DNA of 64,000 bases. Origin: Patescibacteria group bacterium. GTDB lineage: Bacteria; Patescibacteriota; Microgenomatia; PFEM01; JAHIFH01. Location: positions 289,111 through 353,110 of the forward strand of contig DATKWU010000009.1 of assembly GCA_035529375.1 (NCBI GenBank). Direction: 5' to 3'. Position numbers and translations under genes: made by a program. Position 1 is the stretch's first letter. Each line of letters begins with the position of its first letter. The notes beneath the pieces are model-generated. The model did not search any database. It was not told the origin of the DNA and saw only the letters and a program-made list of their open reading frames with translations. This document shows, piece after piece, positions 1 to 10,539 of the stretch.

Positions 1-521
1 GTTAGAGTCACTTCTTTTTGTTTTTGAAAGCGTGGCAAGCCAAATTTAACCACTAAAAAAACAAGACCAATTACTACAATTAAACCTAAAATAATAGGCA
101 AAATCTTTTTTAATCCCCCTAAAGGAGATTTACTTTGAGAGTGATAAGCTTGGACCGGACCCGAAGGCTCTTCTGGGATTTCTTCAGGAGGAGATTCAAC
201 TGGAGCTTCAACTAAAGGTGGAACATTAGGAATTGGTATTTCTACTGGCGGTGTTTCTGGTAAAGAGGGTTCGGTTGACAGATCAGTTTCTTCTGGAACT
301 TCAGTCGTTTCGGGAATTTCAGTCATTGTCTCCTTCGGTAATTCTTCTGCCCCGAGTGCTGGAGTAATTTCAACTGCGGGTCTCTCTTCCTTCAAAGCTT
401 CGGCTAAATCAGTCTCCTCTCCCGATTTTTCCTCTTCTCTTTGCCAGGGGGGCTTCACATTTGAACTTGAATCCGGAAATGGCTTTTCTCCAAAAGTTCG
501 ATCTTGGTTTGGGTCAGGCAT
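1..521 (-). CDS. Partial (runs off window): Pro/Glu-rich N-terminus, one TM helix; possibly an extracellular solute-binding protein
   Basis: Hand translation from ATG 521: MPDPNQDRTF...EEPSGP...KKILPIILGLIVVIGLVFLVVKFGLPRFQKTKEVTLT, open to the window edge; product is a guess. Confidence 0.6.
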   Translation of the reverse strand, partial: MPDPNQDRTFGEKPFPDSSSNVKPPWQREEEKSGEETDLAEALKEERPAVEITPALGAEELPKETMTEIPETTEVPEETDLSTEPSLPETPPVEIPIPNVPPLVEAPVESPPEEIPEEPSGPVQAYHSQSKSPLGGLKKILPIILGLIVVIGLVFLVVKFGLPRFQKQKEVTL

Positions 522-544
522 ATCTTAATGTTATCATATAAAAA

Positions 545-2296
545 ATGAAGAACAAATTGCAAGCCATCCGTTTAAGGCTCTTATTCTCAATTATTTTGGC
601 GATGATTGCCTTTTTGAGTTTGGTTTTTATTAGTTATCACCTTGCTTATTGGCAAAAGATTTATCCAGGCGTAACTGTCCTTGATCAATCTGTTGGTAAC
701 CAAAATTTAGAGACTGCTAATTTCACTATCAGCCGGATTATTAATCAAGCTAGCCCTAGTGCTAACTTGACCCTAACCCTAGAAGAACGAACTTGGTCGC
801 TAGAATTAAGGGATCTCCAATACCAACCAGAAAAAACAGCCGAAAAAGCCTGGCAAATTGGTCGGAGCAACAATCCTCTGAAAAATCTCCAAGAAAAATA
901 TGAGGCCTGGATGGGTAAAATTAACCTTCCTTTGGAATATTCACTAGACAACGCTGTTCTTGATGAACAATTAGACCAAATCGCTGATCAGGTCTTTGTC
1001 CCGATGATCGAGCCGGCGATTAAAATAGACGCCCAAAAGCAAATTCAGATTGAACCTGGAAAATCAGGTTTAAACTTAGATAAAACCAGTTTATCTTCAA
1101 CGGTTAACTCTCAATTAACTTATTTGAACTTTGAATCCATTGGATTGCTAACAATTCAGGCTTCTCCCCAACTAACTGAAAAACAGATAGAAGAAACTCG
1201 ATCCCGAGCCGAAAAATTCCTTAATAAAAAACTCATCCTTATTAACAATGAAATGACTTGGGAATTAGATGATGAACAACTTATTCAACTACTTTCCTTT
1301 ACTAATGGTTTCAACCAAGAAAAGATTGCCAGCTGGTCAGCCAATCTTGCTTCAGCCATCAACCATCCACCTCAAAACGCGGCTTTTGAGTTCAATCAAG
1401 GCCGAGTCACCCAATTTCGAGCCGCTAAAGATAGTCTCAATCTTGAAGAACAAAAAACCATTGATTTGATTGCTCATTCTTTAACCGAATTGGAAAATAA
1501 TAAAGAAACAATCACGACTCAACTCCCGATTATCACCACGCCACCCCAAATTGCTACGGCCGAAGTTAACAATCTTGGTATTCAGCAATTAGTTGGTCGG
1601 GGTATCTCTTATTTCCGAGGTTCAATCAGTTCTCGAATTCACAACATCCAATTAGCGGCTTCGAGATTAAATGGCCTCCTGGTTGCCCCGGATGAAACTT
1701 TTTCCTTTAATCAATCCTTGGGTGAGGTTTCACCAACTACTGGTTTTCAACAAGCTTATATTATTAAAGAAGGTCGGACAGTTCTGGGCGATGGCGGTGG
1801 AGTTTGCCAAGTCTCCACCACTCTTTTTCGAGCCGCTTTAGATGCTGGCCTACCCATTATTGAACGCCAGGCTCATGCTTATCGCGTCGGCTATTATGAA
1901 CAAAATTCGACCGTCGGTTTGGATGCGACCGTCTTTGATCCAACGGCTGACTTAAAATTTAAGAACGATACCCCCGCCTACTTATTAATTCAGACTCAAA
2001 CTGACACTAAAAACCAAAAATTAACCTTTGAACTCTATGGAACCTATGATGGCCGAGTCACAACCATCTCCGAATCAAGAATTTGGGACCAAATCCCACC
2101 TCCCCCTGATCTTTATCAGGATGATCCTACTCTCCCGGCTGGCCGAATAAAACAGATTGATTGGCAAGCCTGGGGCGCGAAAGTTGCTTTTGACTATCGG
2201 GTTGAACATAACGGAGAAACTCTTCAAGACCGAACCTTTTATTCTAACTATCGTCCTTGGCAAGCAATTTACCTTCGGGGTACCGGCAATCAGTAA
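545..2296 (+). CDS. VanW-family protein with N-terminal TM and peptidoglycan-binding repeats
   Basis: RIHNIQLAA..LNG, FSFNQSLG, GGGVCQVSTTLFRAAL, GLDATV..DLKFKND motifs. Confidence 0.85.
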   Translation: MKNKLQAIRLRLLFSIILAMIAFLSLVFISYHLAYWQKIYPGVTVLDQSVGNQNLETANFTISRIINQASPSANLTLTLEERTWSLELRDLQYQPEKTAEKAWQIGRSNNPLKNLQEKYEAWMGKINLPLEYSLDNAVLDEQLDQIADQVFVPMIEPAIKIDAQKQIQIEPGKSGLNLDKTSLSSTVNSQLTYLNFESIGLLTIQASPQLTEKQIEETRSRAEKFLNKKLILINNEMTWELDDEQLIQLLSFTNGFNQEKIASWSANLASAINHPPQNAAFEFNQGRVTQFRAAKDSLNLEEQKTIDLIAHSLTELENNKETITTQLPIITTPPQIATAEVNNLGIQQLVGRGISYFRGSISSRIHNIQLAASRLNGLLVAPDETFSFNQSLGEVSPTTGFQQAYIIKEGRTVLGDGGGVCQVSTTLFRAALDAGLPIIERQAHAYRVGYYEQNSTVGLDATVFDPTADLKFKNDTPAYLLIQTQTDTKNQKLTFELYGTYDGRVTTISESRIWDQIPPPPDLYQDDPTLPAGRIKQIDWQAWGAKVAFDYRVEHNGETLQDRTFYSNYRPWQAIYLRGTGNQ

Positions 2297-2318
2297 AATA
2301 AATTATAATAGCAAAAAA

Positions 2319-3314
2319 ATGAAGATCTTAGGTATTGAAACTAGTTGTGACGAAACAGCGGCAGCCGTAGTCGAAAACGGCACTAAAATCCTTTCAAACG
2401 CAGTTGCTTCTTCGATCGAACTTCATCAAAAAACAGGTGGGATCATTCCCGAAGTAGCTGCCCGAGAACAAGTTCGGTGTATTATTCCGATTATCAAAGA
2501 AAGTCTCAAAAACAGTCAAGAAATTGATGCTTTAGCCGTAACTGTTGGCCCAGGTTTGATTGGTTCTCTTTTAGTCGGCGTCGAAACCGCTAAAACCTTA
2601 GCCTATGTTTGGAAAAAACCAATTATTCCCGTTAATCATCTCCAGGCGCACCTCTACGCTAATTGGTTAGAAAAAAAGAAACCTCAATTTCCAGCTATTG
2701 GTCTAGTTGTTTCTGGCGGCCACACTGATTTAGTTCTCTTAAAAAACCATACCAAAATAAAATGGCTTGGTGGTACCCGTGATGATGCGGCTGGTGAATG
2801 TTTTGATAAAACTGCTCGTCTTCTTAATTTAGGTTACCCTGGCGGTCCTAAAATCGCTAAATTAGCGGAAAAAGGTAATCCTCAAGCTTATGATTTACCC
2901 AGACCAATGATGAGACAGGAGAATTTGGATTGTTCTTTTTCTGGTTTAAAAACTGCGGTTATTAATCTTAAAAGAAAAGAGAAAAAAATTAACAAAGCTA
3001 ACTTAGCCGCTTCTATTCAACAAGCAATTATTGATGTTTTGGTTAAAAAAACAATCAGAGCAACAAGAAAACACCAAGTTAAAAGTGTTCTTCTCGCTGG
3101 GGGTGTAGCAGCTAATAAACAATTGCGAGAACAAATGGAAGTCGAAATCTCTAAATTAAAACCCCGGGTTAAATTTTTTGTCCCCTCACCCCAACTTTGC
3201 ACTGATAATGCTGCCTATATTGCTGCCCAGGCTTTTTTTAATTACCAACCTCTTCCTTGGCAAAAAATCCAAGCCAATCCTAGTCTCAGTATCGAAGAAG
3301 CTACTTCTTCTTAA
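2319..3314 (+). CDS. tsaD: tRNA N6-adenosine threonylcarbamoyltransferase
   Basis: ILGIETSCDET, GPGL, NHLQAH, VSGGHT, CTDNAA; start moved to ATG 2319 just after TATAAT. Confidence 0.95.
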   Translation: MKILGIETSCDETAAAVVENGTKILSNAVASSIELHQKTGGIIPEVAAREQVRCIIPIIKESLKNSQEIDALAVTVGPGLIGSLLVGVETAKTLAYVWKKPIIPVNHLQAHLYANWLEKKKPQFPAIGLVVSGGHTDLVLLKNHTKIKWLGGTRDDAAGECFDKTARLLNLGYPGGPKIAKLAEKGNPQAYDLPRPMMRQENLDCSFSGLKTAVINLKRKEKKINKANLAASIQQAIIDVLVKKTIRATRKHQVKSVLLAGGVAANKQLREQMEVEISKLKPRVKFFVPSPQLCTDNAAYIAAQAFFNYQPLPWQKIQANPSLSIEEATSS

Positions 3315-3858
3315 TTAAAAAAAGACCTAATTTGGGCAAAGCCAAACTGACTTCTAAGTTTAGGTTTTTAAGTTTAGTAGTCCACCAATTTGATTTTTTA
3401 ACATTAACATGCGTTGAGTCTAAAAGATAATGCTTACCCTCAAAAGGATTATCTTTAACGCAGATTTGAAGTAAAACATATTTCTGAGAAACCCGCAAAA
3501 GTTCTTTTAAAGCAAAATCTGTCCTCTTAACTTCGATATGTTCCATTAAGGCTAGACAAGTTACTACTTCAAACTGACTGTTTTTAAAAGGCAGTTTCAA
3601 GATATCCCCTATTTGACACCGGGCTTGAACAATTGGTTTTGCTTTTACAAATCCTTGAGAACTAATATCCACACCAAGAGCTTCAATTTTCCATTTCAAC
3701 GCCCATTTAACTAGCTTTCCCTCAGCACAACCCACATCAAGTAAATTTTTTGGTCTCAAGAATAATTTAATAAAAATGACATAAAAACAACTTTTAATCC
3801 CAGAAAAAAGAGGATTTCTTCTCTCAAAATAGGCTTGATTATAGCTTTTCCCTTTCAC
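3301..3858 (-). CDS. Class I SAM-dependent methyltransferase
   Basis: LLDVGCAEG, GVDIS, LPF..FEVV, MEHI motifs; likely GTG start at 3858, since the longer track ORF overlaps valS. Confidence 0.8.
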   Translation of the reverse strand: MKGKSYNQAYFERRNPLFSGIKSCFYVIFIKLFLRPKNLLDVGCAEGKLVKWALKWKIEALGVDISSQGFVKAKPIVQARCQIGDILKLPFKNSQFEVVTCLALMEHIEVKRTDFALKELLRVSQKYVLLQICVKDNPFEGKHYLLDSTHVNVKKSNWWTTKLKNLNLEVSLALPKLGLFLIKKK

Positions 3859-3921
3859 TATAAATAGTTTAGCAGGCTTGAGACCAAGAACAAAGTCAGC
3901 TATAATTAGTCCAGCAAGTTT

Positions 3922-6132
3922 ATGGATAAAAATTACCAACCTCAAAAAGTTGAAAAGAAAATCTATCAATTTTGGGAAAAAAGTGGCTTTTTTACGCCTA
4001 AAATTGAACCCAAAAAGAAACCTTTTACCATTCTTCTTCCTTTGCCCAACGCTAATGATCCTCTCCACATGGGACACGCTATCTTTACGGTAGAAGATAT
4101 TTTAACCAGGTATCATCGAATGTTAGGTGAACCTACCCTTTGGCTGCCAGGGGGTGATCACGCAGGAATTGAAACCCAATTTGTTTTTGAAAAAGAACTG
4201 GCAAAAAAAGGTAAAAGCCGTTTTGACTTCGATAGAGAAACACTTTACAGAATGATTGCCGATTTTGCAGAGAAAAATCGAGATATCAACAAAAAGGAAT
4301 TAAGAAAGATGGGTTTTTCCCTTGACTGGACAAGATACCACTATAGTCTTGAACCCGAGATTATCGAGATTGTTTTTAAAACCTTCAGAAAATTACATCA
4401 AGATGATTTGATTTATCGAGGAGAGAGAATCGTTAATTACTGCACCCATTGTGGCACAGCTTTTTCCAATTTAGAAGTTAAATACAAAGAAAAGAGAGAT
4501 CATCTTTATTACCTTGATTATGGGCCTCTTCAGATTGCCACTACCAGACCAGAGACAATTTTTGCTGATGTTGCTGTCGCAGTCCATCCCGAAGACAAAA
4601 GATATAAAAAAATTACTGGGAAAAAGGCTACTATTCCCTTAATTAATAAAAAAATCCCGATTATAACCGATAAGGTCATTGATATTAAGTTTGGTACTGG
4701 GGCTTTAAAAGTAACGCCTGGCCACGATCAAATTGACTTTGAGATCGGCCAAAGGAATAACTTAAAAATTATCAAGGTCATCAATCAAGAGGGAAAAATG
4801 ATTAATCTTCCCAAAAAATACTTGGACATGAACATTAGTCAGGCTCGAGAAGAAACAGTTAAAGATCTGAAAAAAGAAAAAAAATTAGTAAAAACCGTAC
4901 CTCTCAAGCATATGGTAAGTTTTTGTTATCGATGTGGGACCACAATCGAACCACTGACCATGCCCCAATGGTTTGTTAAAACCAAACCCCTGGCCAAGCC
5001 TATTATTAAAGCAGTCAAAGAGGGTAAAACTAAAATTGTTCCTAAAAAACGGTTCGAGAAAATGTACTTTGACTGGATGGAGAATATCTACGACTGGAAT
5101 ATTAGCCGGCAAATTGTTTGGGGACCAAGAATCCCTGCCTGGTACTGCCTAGACTGTAATCCCGAGATAGTCATCGATTTTCTCGACAAAAAAAATAAAA
5201 AGACCTCAGGTAAATATAAGGATTTAAAAGAAGTGTTCAGCTTTACTGAAATCAAAAAAGGCCTTCAACAATTAATTGCTCCTAAAGAGGCGTCTTATTC
5301 ATTAGATAACCAGTTTTGCGAAAAATGTAAAGGTAAAAATATTCTTCAGGAAACAGACACTTTTGATACGTGGTTTCTATCTGGACAGTGGCCTATTTCT
5401 ACCTTAGGTTTTCCTGATAGTCAAGATTTTAAGTATTTTTATCCGACTTCTGTCTTAGATACACTTTGGGATATTCTTTTTTTCTGGGTAGCGCGAATGA
5501 TGATGCTTGGTTTTTACATGACCAAAGAGGTTCCCTTCCGCGTAGTTCATCTTCATGCGCGAGTGGTGGATGAACACGGACAAAAGATGAGCAAAAGCAA
5601 AGGGAATGTTATCAGCCCAACAGATATGATCGAAGAATATGGGGCCGACGCTTTAAGAATGGCCCTGACAGTTGGAGTTTCGCCAGGAAGTGACGTGGTT
5701 CTCTCCGATAATAAAGTTAGAGCCATGAGAAATTTTGCTAACAAAATCTGGAATGCCAGTCGGTTTATCTTATCCTACAAAGGAGAGGTTAAAAAAGACA
5801 AGAAAAATAAAGATGATCTGTGGATTTTAGGCGAATTGGAGAAAACTAACAAAAAAGTAACTAATCTAATTAATCGTTACCGTTTTGATCTGGCATCTGA
5901 AGAAATTTATCATTTCTTCTGGCATACCTTTTGTGATCAATATTTGGAAATGAGTAAAAAACGACGTGATGAAGCCCAGCCTACCCTGCTTTATACTCTG
6001 GAAACCAGTCTTAAACTCCTCCACCCTTTTATGCCCTTTATCACTGAGGAAATCTATCAACGTCTACCAAAACATAATCAAGCTCTTATTATCGAAAAAT
6101 GGCCAAAATTCCAAAAGGACTCAAAAAAGTAA
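3922..6132 (+). CDS. valS: Valyl-tRNA synthetase (short, appears to lack the C-terminal coiled coil)
   Basis: HMGH, DHAGIETQ, WNISRQ, DTFDTWF, KMSKS motifs. Confidence 0.95.
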   Translation: MDKNYQPQKVEKKIYQFWEKSGFFTPKIEPKKKPFTILLPLPNANDPLHMGHAIFTVEDILTRYHRMLGEPTLWLPGGDHAGIETQFVFEKELAKKGKSRFDFDRETLYRMIADFAEKNRDINKKELRKMGFSLDWTRYHYSLEPEIIEIVFKTFRKLHQDDLIYRGERIVNYCTHCGTAFSNLEVKYKEKRDHLYYLDYGPLQIATTRPETIFADVAVAVHPEDKRYKKITGKKATIPLINKKIPIITDKVIDIKFGTGALKVTPGHDQIDFEIGQRNNLKIIKVINQEGKMINLPKKYLDMNISQAREETVKDLKKEKKLVKTVPLKHMVSFCYRCGTTIEPLTMPQWFVKTKPLAKPIIKAVKEGKTKIVPKKRFEKMYFDWMENIYDWNISRQIVWGPRIPAWYCLDCNPEIVIDFLDKKNKKTSGKYKDLKEVFSFTEIKKGLQQLIAPKEASYSLDNQFCEKCKGKNILQETDTFDTWFLSGQWPISTLGFPDSQDFKYFYPTSVLDTLWDILFFWVARMMMLGFYMTKEVPFRVVHLHARVVDEHGQKMSKSKGNVISPTDMIEEYGADALRMALTVGVSPGSDVVLSDNKVRAMRNFANKIWNASRFILSYKGEVKKDKKNKDDLWILGELEKTNKKVTNLINRYRFDLASEEIYHFFWHTFCDQYLEMSKKRRDEAQPTLLYTLETSLKLLHPFMPFITEEIYQRLPKHNQALIIEKWPKFQKDSKK

Positions 6133-6710
6133 AAATTCAACCAGTTAAGCCCTGGTTCGCTAACAAGATTACTGAAGCCAGAAAGCTGAGTGAACATCGA
6201 GCGGCAAGGGCAGCCCGCCGCTGGGGCGCCCCTACGGGTGTGGCTATCCTAATTTTGATTATCCTTGGTTCTCTCTTTACTCCTAAAGATAATTTCCAAA
6301 AGGCTAAAGATAATCTCCTTAAAAACCCTAAAGATTTCCAAGCCCAGATTACCCTAGCGGAAACACTTCTCGCCAATAACCAATTTGAGGAAGCAGAAAA
6401 AACCCTTCTTTTAGCAGAAAGCCAAATGAAACAGACTAATGAACAAATTCTCGGTGAGCAAACTAATTTAAAACTCGAAGAACTTTGGCAGAAAAAATCT
6501 TACTCAGATCCAAATGATATTGAAAAACTCATTGCGGCTTGGGAAAAAATTATTGAAGAGAAATCTGATTACCGTGACGGTTATCTTCAACTCGCTTATC
6601 TTTATTATCAACTTTACGAGAACGAAAAAGCAGAAAAGTATCTTAAAAAAGCGATTGAGTTAGATCTGAATTATCAACCGGCAAGAGCGCTTGAGAAGTT
6701 AATCCAATAA
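6099..6710 (+). CDS. Membrane-anchored TPR protein
   Basis: TM helix followed by TPR-like helices (YRDGYLQLAYLYY..AEKYLKKAIELD). Confidence 0.7.
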   Translation: MAKIPKGLKKVKIQPVKPWFANKITEARKLSEHRAARAARRWGAPTGVAILILIILGSLFTPKDNFQKAKDNLLKNPKDFQAQITLAETLLANNQFEEAEKTLLLAESQMKQTNEQILGEQTNLKLEELWQKKSYSDPNDIEKLIAAWEKIIEEKSDYRDGYLQLAYLYYQLYENEKAEKYLKKAIELDLNYQPARALEKLIQ

Positions 6711-6718
6711 TCAATCTT

Positions 6719-7465
6719 TTATTTATTATCTGATTCTTGACTCTTTTCTTTTTTTGCTGAGGTTTCTGGTTCTTTAGAGGGTTGTTTTTCTTTTTCCTCT
6801 CCGACTGGTTGCTTGGTCTCTTCTTCAGATGGTTTCTCTTCAACTTCTACTCCGACTGAGACTTCCTCTTCAGGTGGCGGGGCAATTTCCTCCTCTTCCG
6901 CTAGTGGTTCAATCTTAGCTAAAACTTCTTTCTCTAAAACTAATATTTTGATTCCTTTTGGTACCTTTAGGTCGGCGACAGAGACAACGTCATCTACTTT
7001 TTCTAAACTCGAAACGTCTAACTCTAACTTATCGGGTAATTCAGCAGGTAAAGCTTCAACTTCTACTTCAGTTAAGGGCTGAATTAAAATCCCTATTTTC
7101 CCTTTAACGGCAGGCGCTTCGCCGACCAATTCAATCGGGACTTCTATAGTTACTTTCTCTTTCAAATCTACTTGATAAAAATCTACATGAAGGGGCCGAT
7201 CGGTCACCGGATCGAGCTGAACATTATGAATTAGAATCGGACGAAACGTCTTTTCATCTTTGATCTTGAGTTTAACAATCCCTGTTTCTCCTGTTTCCCT
7301 ATAGGTATCAAGGAATAACTTGAGGTTAAGCTGAACAGCTAAAGACTTGACCTTCTTACCATAAATATTCGCAGGTAATAAATCCCCTTTTCGCAAGGAT
7401 TTAACTTTTCGACCAACAACTTTCCGTTTTTCGGCACTTAATTTTATTTCTTCTTTTTTCGCCAT
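6719..7465 (-). CDS. rplY: 50S ribosomal protein L25/Ctc with acidic tail
   Basis: PANIYG, VQLDPV..HVDFYQV, VEALPAELP. Confidence 0.93.
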   Translation of the reverse strand: MAKKEEIKLSAEKRKVVGRKVKSLRKGDLLPANIYGKKVKSLAVQLNLKLFLDTYRETGETGIVKLKIKDEKTFRPILIHNVQLDPVTDRPLHVDFYQVDLKEKVTIEVPIELVGEAPAVKGKIGILIQPLTEVEVEALPAELPDKLELDVSSLEKVDDVVSVADLKVPKGIKILVLEKEVLAKIEPLAEEEEIAPPPEEEVSVGVEVEEKPSEEETKQPVGEEKEKQPSKEPETSAKKEKSQESDNK

Positions 7466-7521
7466 AGCAAGCTCCTATCTTAGCATCCTTCTCCGCTCAA
7501 AACAAGAGTTAAGGAAAACCC

Positions 7522-10437
7522 TCAAAAGGAAACCTCAAAAACTAAATCCTGATTGAATTGAGGAGCAAAAATCACTAATCCTGAAGCTAAGCTTGCTTCT
7601 GGACGAGTCGAAACTACGATCGTCCCTGATGGCGGAACTAACCAAAGATTAAAAATTTTATCCTCAATACCCGGTTGCTTTTGGAGGTAAAGTAAATACT
7701 GATTGCCAGAATCTGCGGGTAACTTGTCAGCTAATTGATAGCTTATCTCGACTGTCTTCTTAGTTTGAATCGGCACTTCCACTAGAAAACCAAAAGACGA
7801 TTTTCCCTTTTCCTCAGTCTTATCAATTTTACCTTCATCGATTTCCTTTCCATCAATTACCACCCGCCTAAGCATTGTCTCCGGTGGCGTCAAAATCCGG
7901 AGATAATTCTTGTAATCCCCCGCTGGAAAAACTTCTGACTGACTCTGGTTATGGTAATCAATTCTTAAAACTTCTTCCACCTCTCCAGTCAAACTGAATT
8001 TAACCTGATGAGTTAGATTTCTCTTAACAAAATAGTTGGCTTTGTTGACACCATAATTAGATTCAACGATCATCAAATAATCAACCAAACACTTACCCTT
8101 CTCAGCCAAACAATTGACATTTCTTAATCCCCCATCCCAACTTAAATCAGCTAAAATTTTTGCCGCCTCCTGATTATTAAGGAAAATCAACAAATCCTTT
8201 GATTCGAGTGATTGATAGAAAGCCCGGCCGAGAGCCAACCATTTGTCACTCCCGGCTGTCCGAATTTCCTCAAAAAGAGCATTGGCTAAAGCTCCCAAAA
8301 AATCCCTTTTCTGAGTAGACCCGGGAAAGAAATTAACCTCAGAATAATATTCAGCTCTTTCAAAAAGGTTATCAGCATTAATTTCCTCCTGGTAATCAAT
8401 TAATTTAACTGGTCCAATTGTTTGTAAAATACGCTGGGCTAAAAATAAATCAATGCCAATAACTCCATCCACTTTCCTGCCAATTTCCTTTTCTAAAAAC
8501 CAGCTTGCCCGACTGGCAGAAACAGGAAAGTCCGGACTGAAATTAGAATCACGAAGATACCAACCGGCTTCACCAAGATAACGACGAATTGGTTCCGGCG
8601 GTTCAACATGGCCCTTAAGCTGACCGTCCGCAGAATAAACATCCAACACTTGAAAATCAATCAGCCTCCCCTCCTCTAAAGTCGCTAGAGCAAACGAACC
8701 GATAAAACCACCCGTTGGTCTCAATTCCATGTTATTTTGAAAGAGAATTAAATAAGTTTTCTTGGTATAAACGCCAGCTAAATCTGGCAATAACTTAACG
8801 CCTTCTTTGGCTTGTAAAAGCATTTCCCTAACAGACTTTAAGTTCTCCATTGGTTGATTATTAAATCTAGTAGCCAAGAATTGTTGGGCTCTGGGTTTTG
8901 ATTTTAATTGGCCCTCAAGATAAGATAATTCACGATAGGCCGAATCAATCCCAGCACTAATTTCAAAAGATAATTCTTGAATATCAACCTTTTGATTTTG
9001 AAAAATCGTCTGACCAACCTGACTCATCTCTTGAGCGATTTCACCTAGAATAACGACACTTCTGCCGGCCTGCTGACCGAGAGTCAAGTAACCTTCTATT
9101 TTATTTTGAAGTTTTCTTTGCCCTACAAAAGTAAGCAAAGGTCCAAGCGATTGTAAGTTTCCTTGAGTCCGATTGAAATCTCTTTTAGCGGCATTAGCCG
9201 AGGCAGTCGTCTTAGTGAAATTACCAGCCAAAGTATTTTGATAGGCCGCATAGAGATTTTTAATCCCCAAAAGGCTATTGAAAACCAAAAGGCCTGGCAA
9301 AGAAAAAACAATAAGTAAGAAGATTAAGGTTAAACCAATAATTAATTTTTTCTGTCGGCTAATTGAAAAATTTTTCTTTTTCTTAACTTTCCTTTCTTTT
9401 TTCTCAGTCTTTTTTTCTTTATCCTCTTTATCTTCTTCCGTCTCTCTTTTAACTTCCTTTTTAATTCTTTCCCGAAAATAGGCCAAGGTCTGTTCTAAAC
9501 CTCCACTTAAGTTAATTTTTGGTGTCCAATCTAACTTCCCTCCTTTACCCAAATCTGGCTCTAGTTCGAAAACAGGAAATTCTTCCTCAGCAACATATTC
9601 TATCTTCAAATTTTGACCAATAATATTTTGAAGTTGATGAGCCACTGATAAAACGGTTTCTTCCGTAGGATTTATGAGATTAAAGATTTTTCCTGAGGTG
9701 CCCGAGCTAAACATTGCTTTCGAAAGACCATAAACAACATCACTGATAAAAGTTGGTCTAATTCTTTGGGAACCATCCCCCGGGATAGCCAGAGATTCAT
9801 TTTTAACTGCCTGTTTAATCAGTTGGGTTAAAATTCCTCCTTGCTCTAAATTCATCCTCGGTCCGTAGACCCAATTGAGACGAACAATTCGTGCGTCTAT
9901 CTTCTCATTATCCATATATTCACTTACTAAGGCTTCGGCTGAACGCTTGGCTTCGGCAAAACTGGCCATTTTCGCTGCCGAACCTTGGCCAAAATAATCA
10001 ATTAATTTTTGGGTTGAGATCTTGGCTTCAAAAACTTTGGGACTTGATCCAAGTAAAAATTTAGCCCCAGTTTCTTCAGCCAACTTTAGAAGGTTGATTG
10101 TTCCGGAGACATTGGTCAAAAAGGTCTCCAGAGAAAAATCACTTTCACCAACATAAGGATCAAGGGCGGCTAAATGAAAGATATAATCAAGGCGACTAGT
10201 TTCTAAATTGAGTGGTTGATTGAGATTTTGTTTTACAAAAATGAAGTTTTTGTTATTAAGAAGATTAGCAATGTTTTTTTTAGAGCCAGTGATTAAATTG
10301 TCAAGACAGATAACTCGACAATTTTGTTGGACAAGCAACTCGCTAAGAAAAGAGCCGATAAAACCCGCACCGCCTGCCACTAAAATCAGTGGTCTGTCTT
10401 GAATGTTATCTGAATTGTGAAAAGATTTTTGGGTCAT
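7522..10437 (-). CDS. Fusion: extended SDR (NAD-dependent epimerase-like) + TM + DUF4012-like extracellular domain
   Basis: GGAGFIGS, DNLITG, VYGP in the N-terminus; YLILFQNNMELRPTGGFIGS and RDSNFSPDFP in the C-terminus. Confidence 0.8.
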   Translation of the reverse strand: MTQKSFHNSDNIQDRPLILVAGGAGFIGSFLSELLVQQNCRVICLDNLITGSKKNIANLLNNKNFIFVKQNLNQPLNLETSRLDYIFHLAALDPYVGESDFSLETFLTNVSGTINLLKLAEETGAKFLLGSSPKVFEAKISTQKLIDYFGQGSAAKMASFAEAKRSAEALVSEYMDNEKIDARIVRLNWVYGPRMNLEQGGILTQLIKQAVKNESLAIPGDGSQRIRPTFISDVVYGLSKAMFSSGTSGKIFNLINPTEETVLSVAHQLQNIIGQNLKIEYVAEEEFPVFELEPDLGKGGKLDWTPKINLSGGLEQTLAYFRERIKKEVKRETEEDKEDKEKKTEKKERKVKKKKNFSISRQKKLIIGLTLIFLLIVFSLPGLLVFNSLLGIKNLYAAYQNTLAGNFTKTTASANAAKRDFNRTQGNLQSLGPLLTFVGQRKLQNKIEGYLTLGQQAGRSVVILGEIAQEMSQVGQTIFQNQKVDIQELSFEISAGIDSAYRELSYLEGQLKSKPRAQQFLATRFNNQPMENLKSVREMLLQAKEGVKLLPDLAGVYTKKTYLILFQNNMELRPTGGFIGSFALATLEEGRLIDFQVLDVYSADGQLKGHVEPPEPIRRYLGEAGWYLRDSNFSPDFPVSASRASWFLEKEIGRKVDGVIGIDLFLAQRILQTIGPVKLIDYQEEINADNLFERAEYYSEVNFFPGSTQKRDFLGALANALFEEIRTAGSDKWLALGRAFYQSLESKDLLIFLNNQEAAKILADLSWDGGLRNVNCLAEKGKCLVDYLMIVESNYGVNKANYFVKRNLTHQVKFSLTGEVEEVLRIDYHNQSQSEVFPAGDYKNYLRILTPPETMLRRVVIDGKEIDEGKIDKTEEKGKSSFGFLVEVPIQTKKTVEISYQLADKLPADSGNQYLLYLQKQPGIEDKIFNLWLVPPSGTIVVSTRPEASLASGLVIFAPQFNQDLVFEVSF

Positions 10438-10539
10438 TAATTTTCTTCACTATCATCATAACCCAAAAAAAAATTTCGTTCAACGAAAAAGCCCATAAGA
10501 AAAATTACTGTCCAGCACGTGAAAGAGTAGTTTAATATA

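Noticed and set aside
100-480. Low-complexity Pro/Glu-coding stretch
   Set aside because: Ordinary disordered linker, not a discrete DNA repeat.
2157-4077. Long N-terminal extensions of tsaD and the methyltransferase
   Set aside because: They overlap neighbouring genes, and better starts with -10 boxes exist at 2319 and 3858.
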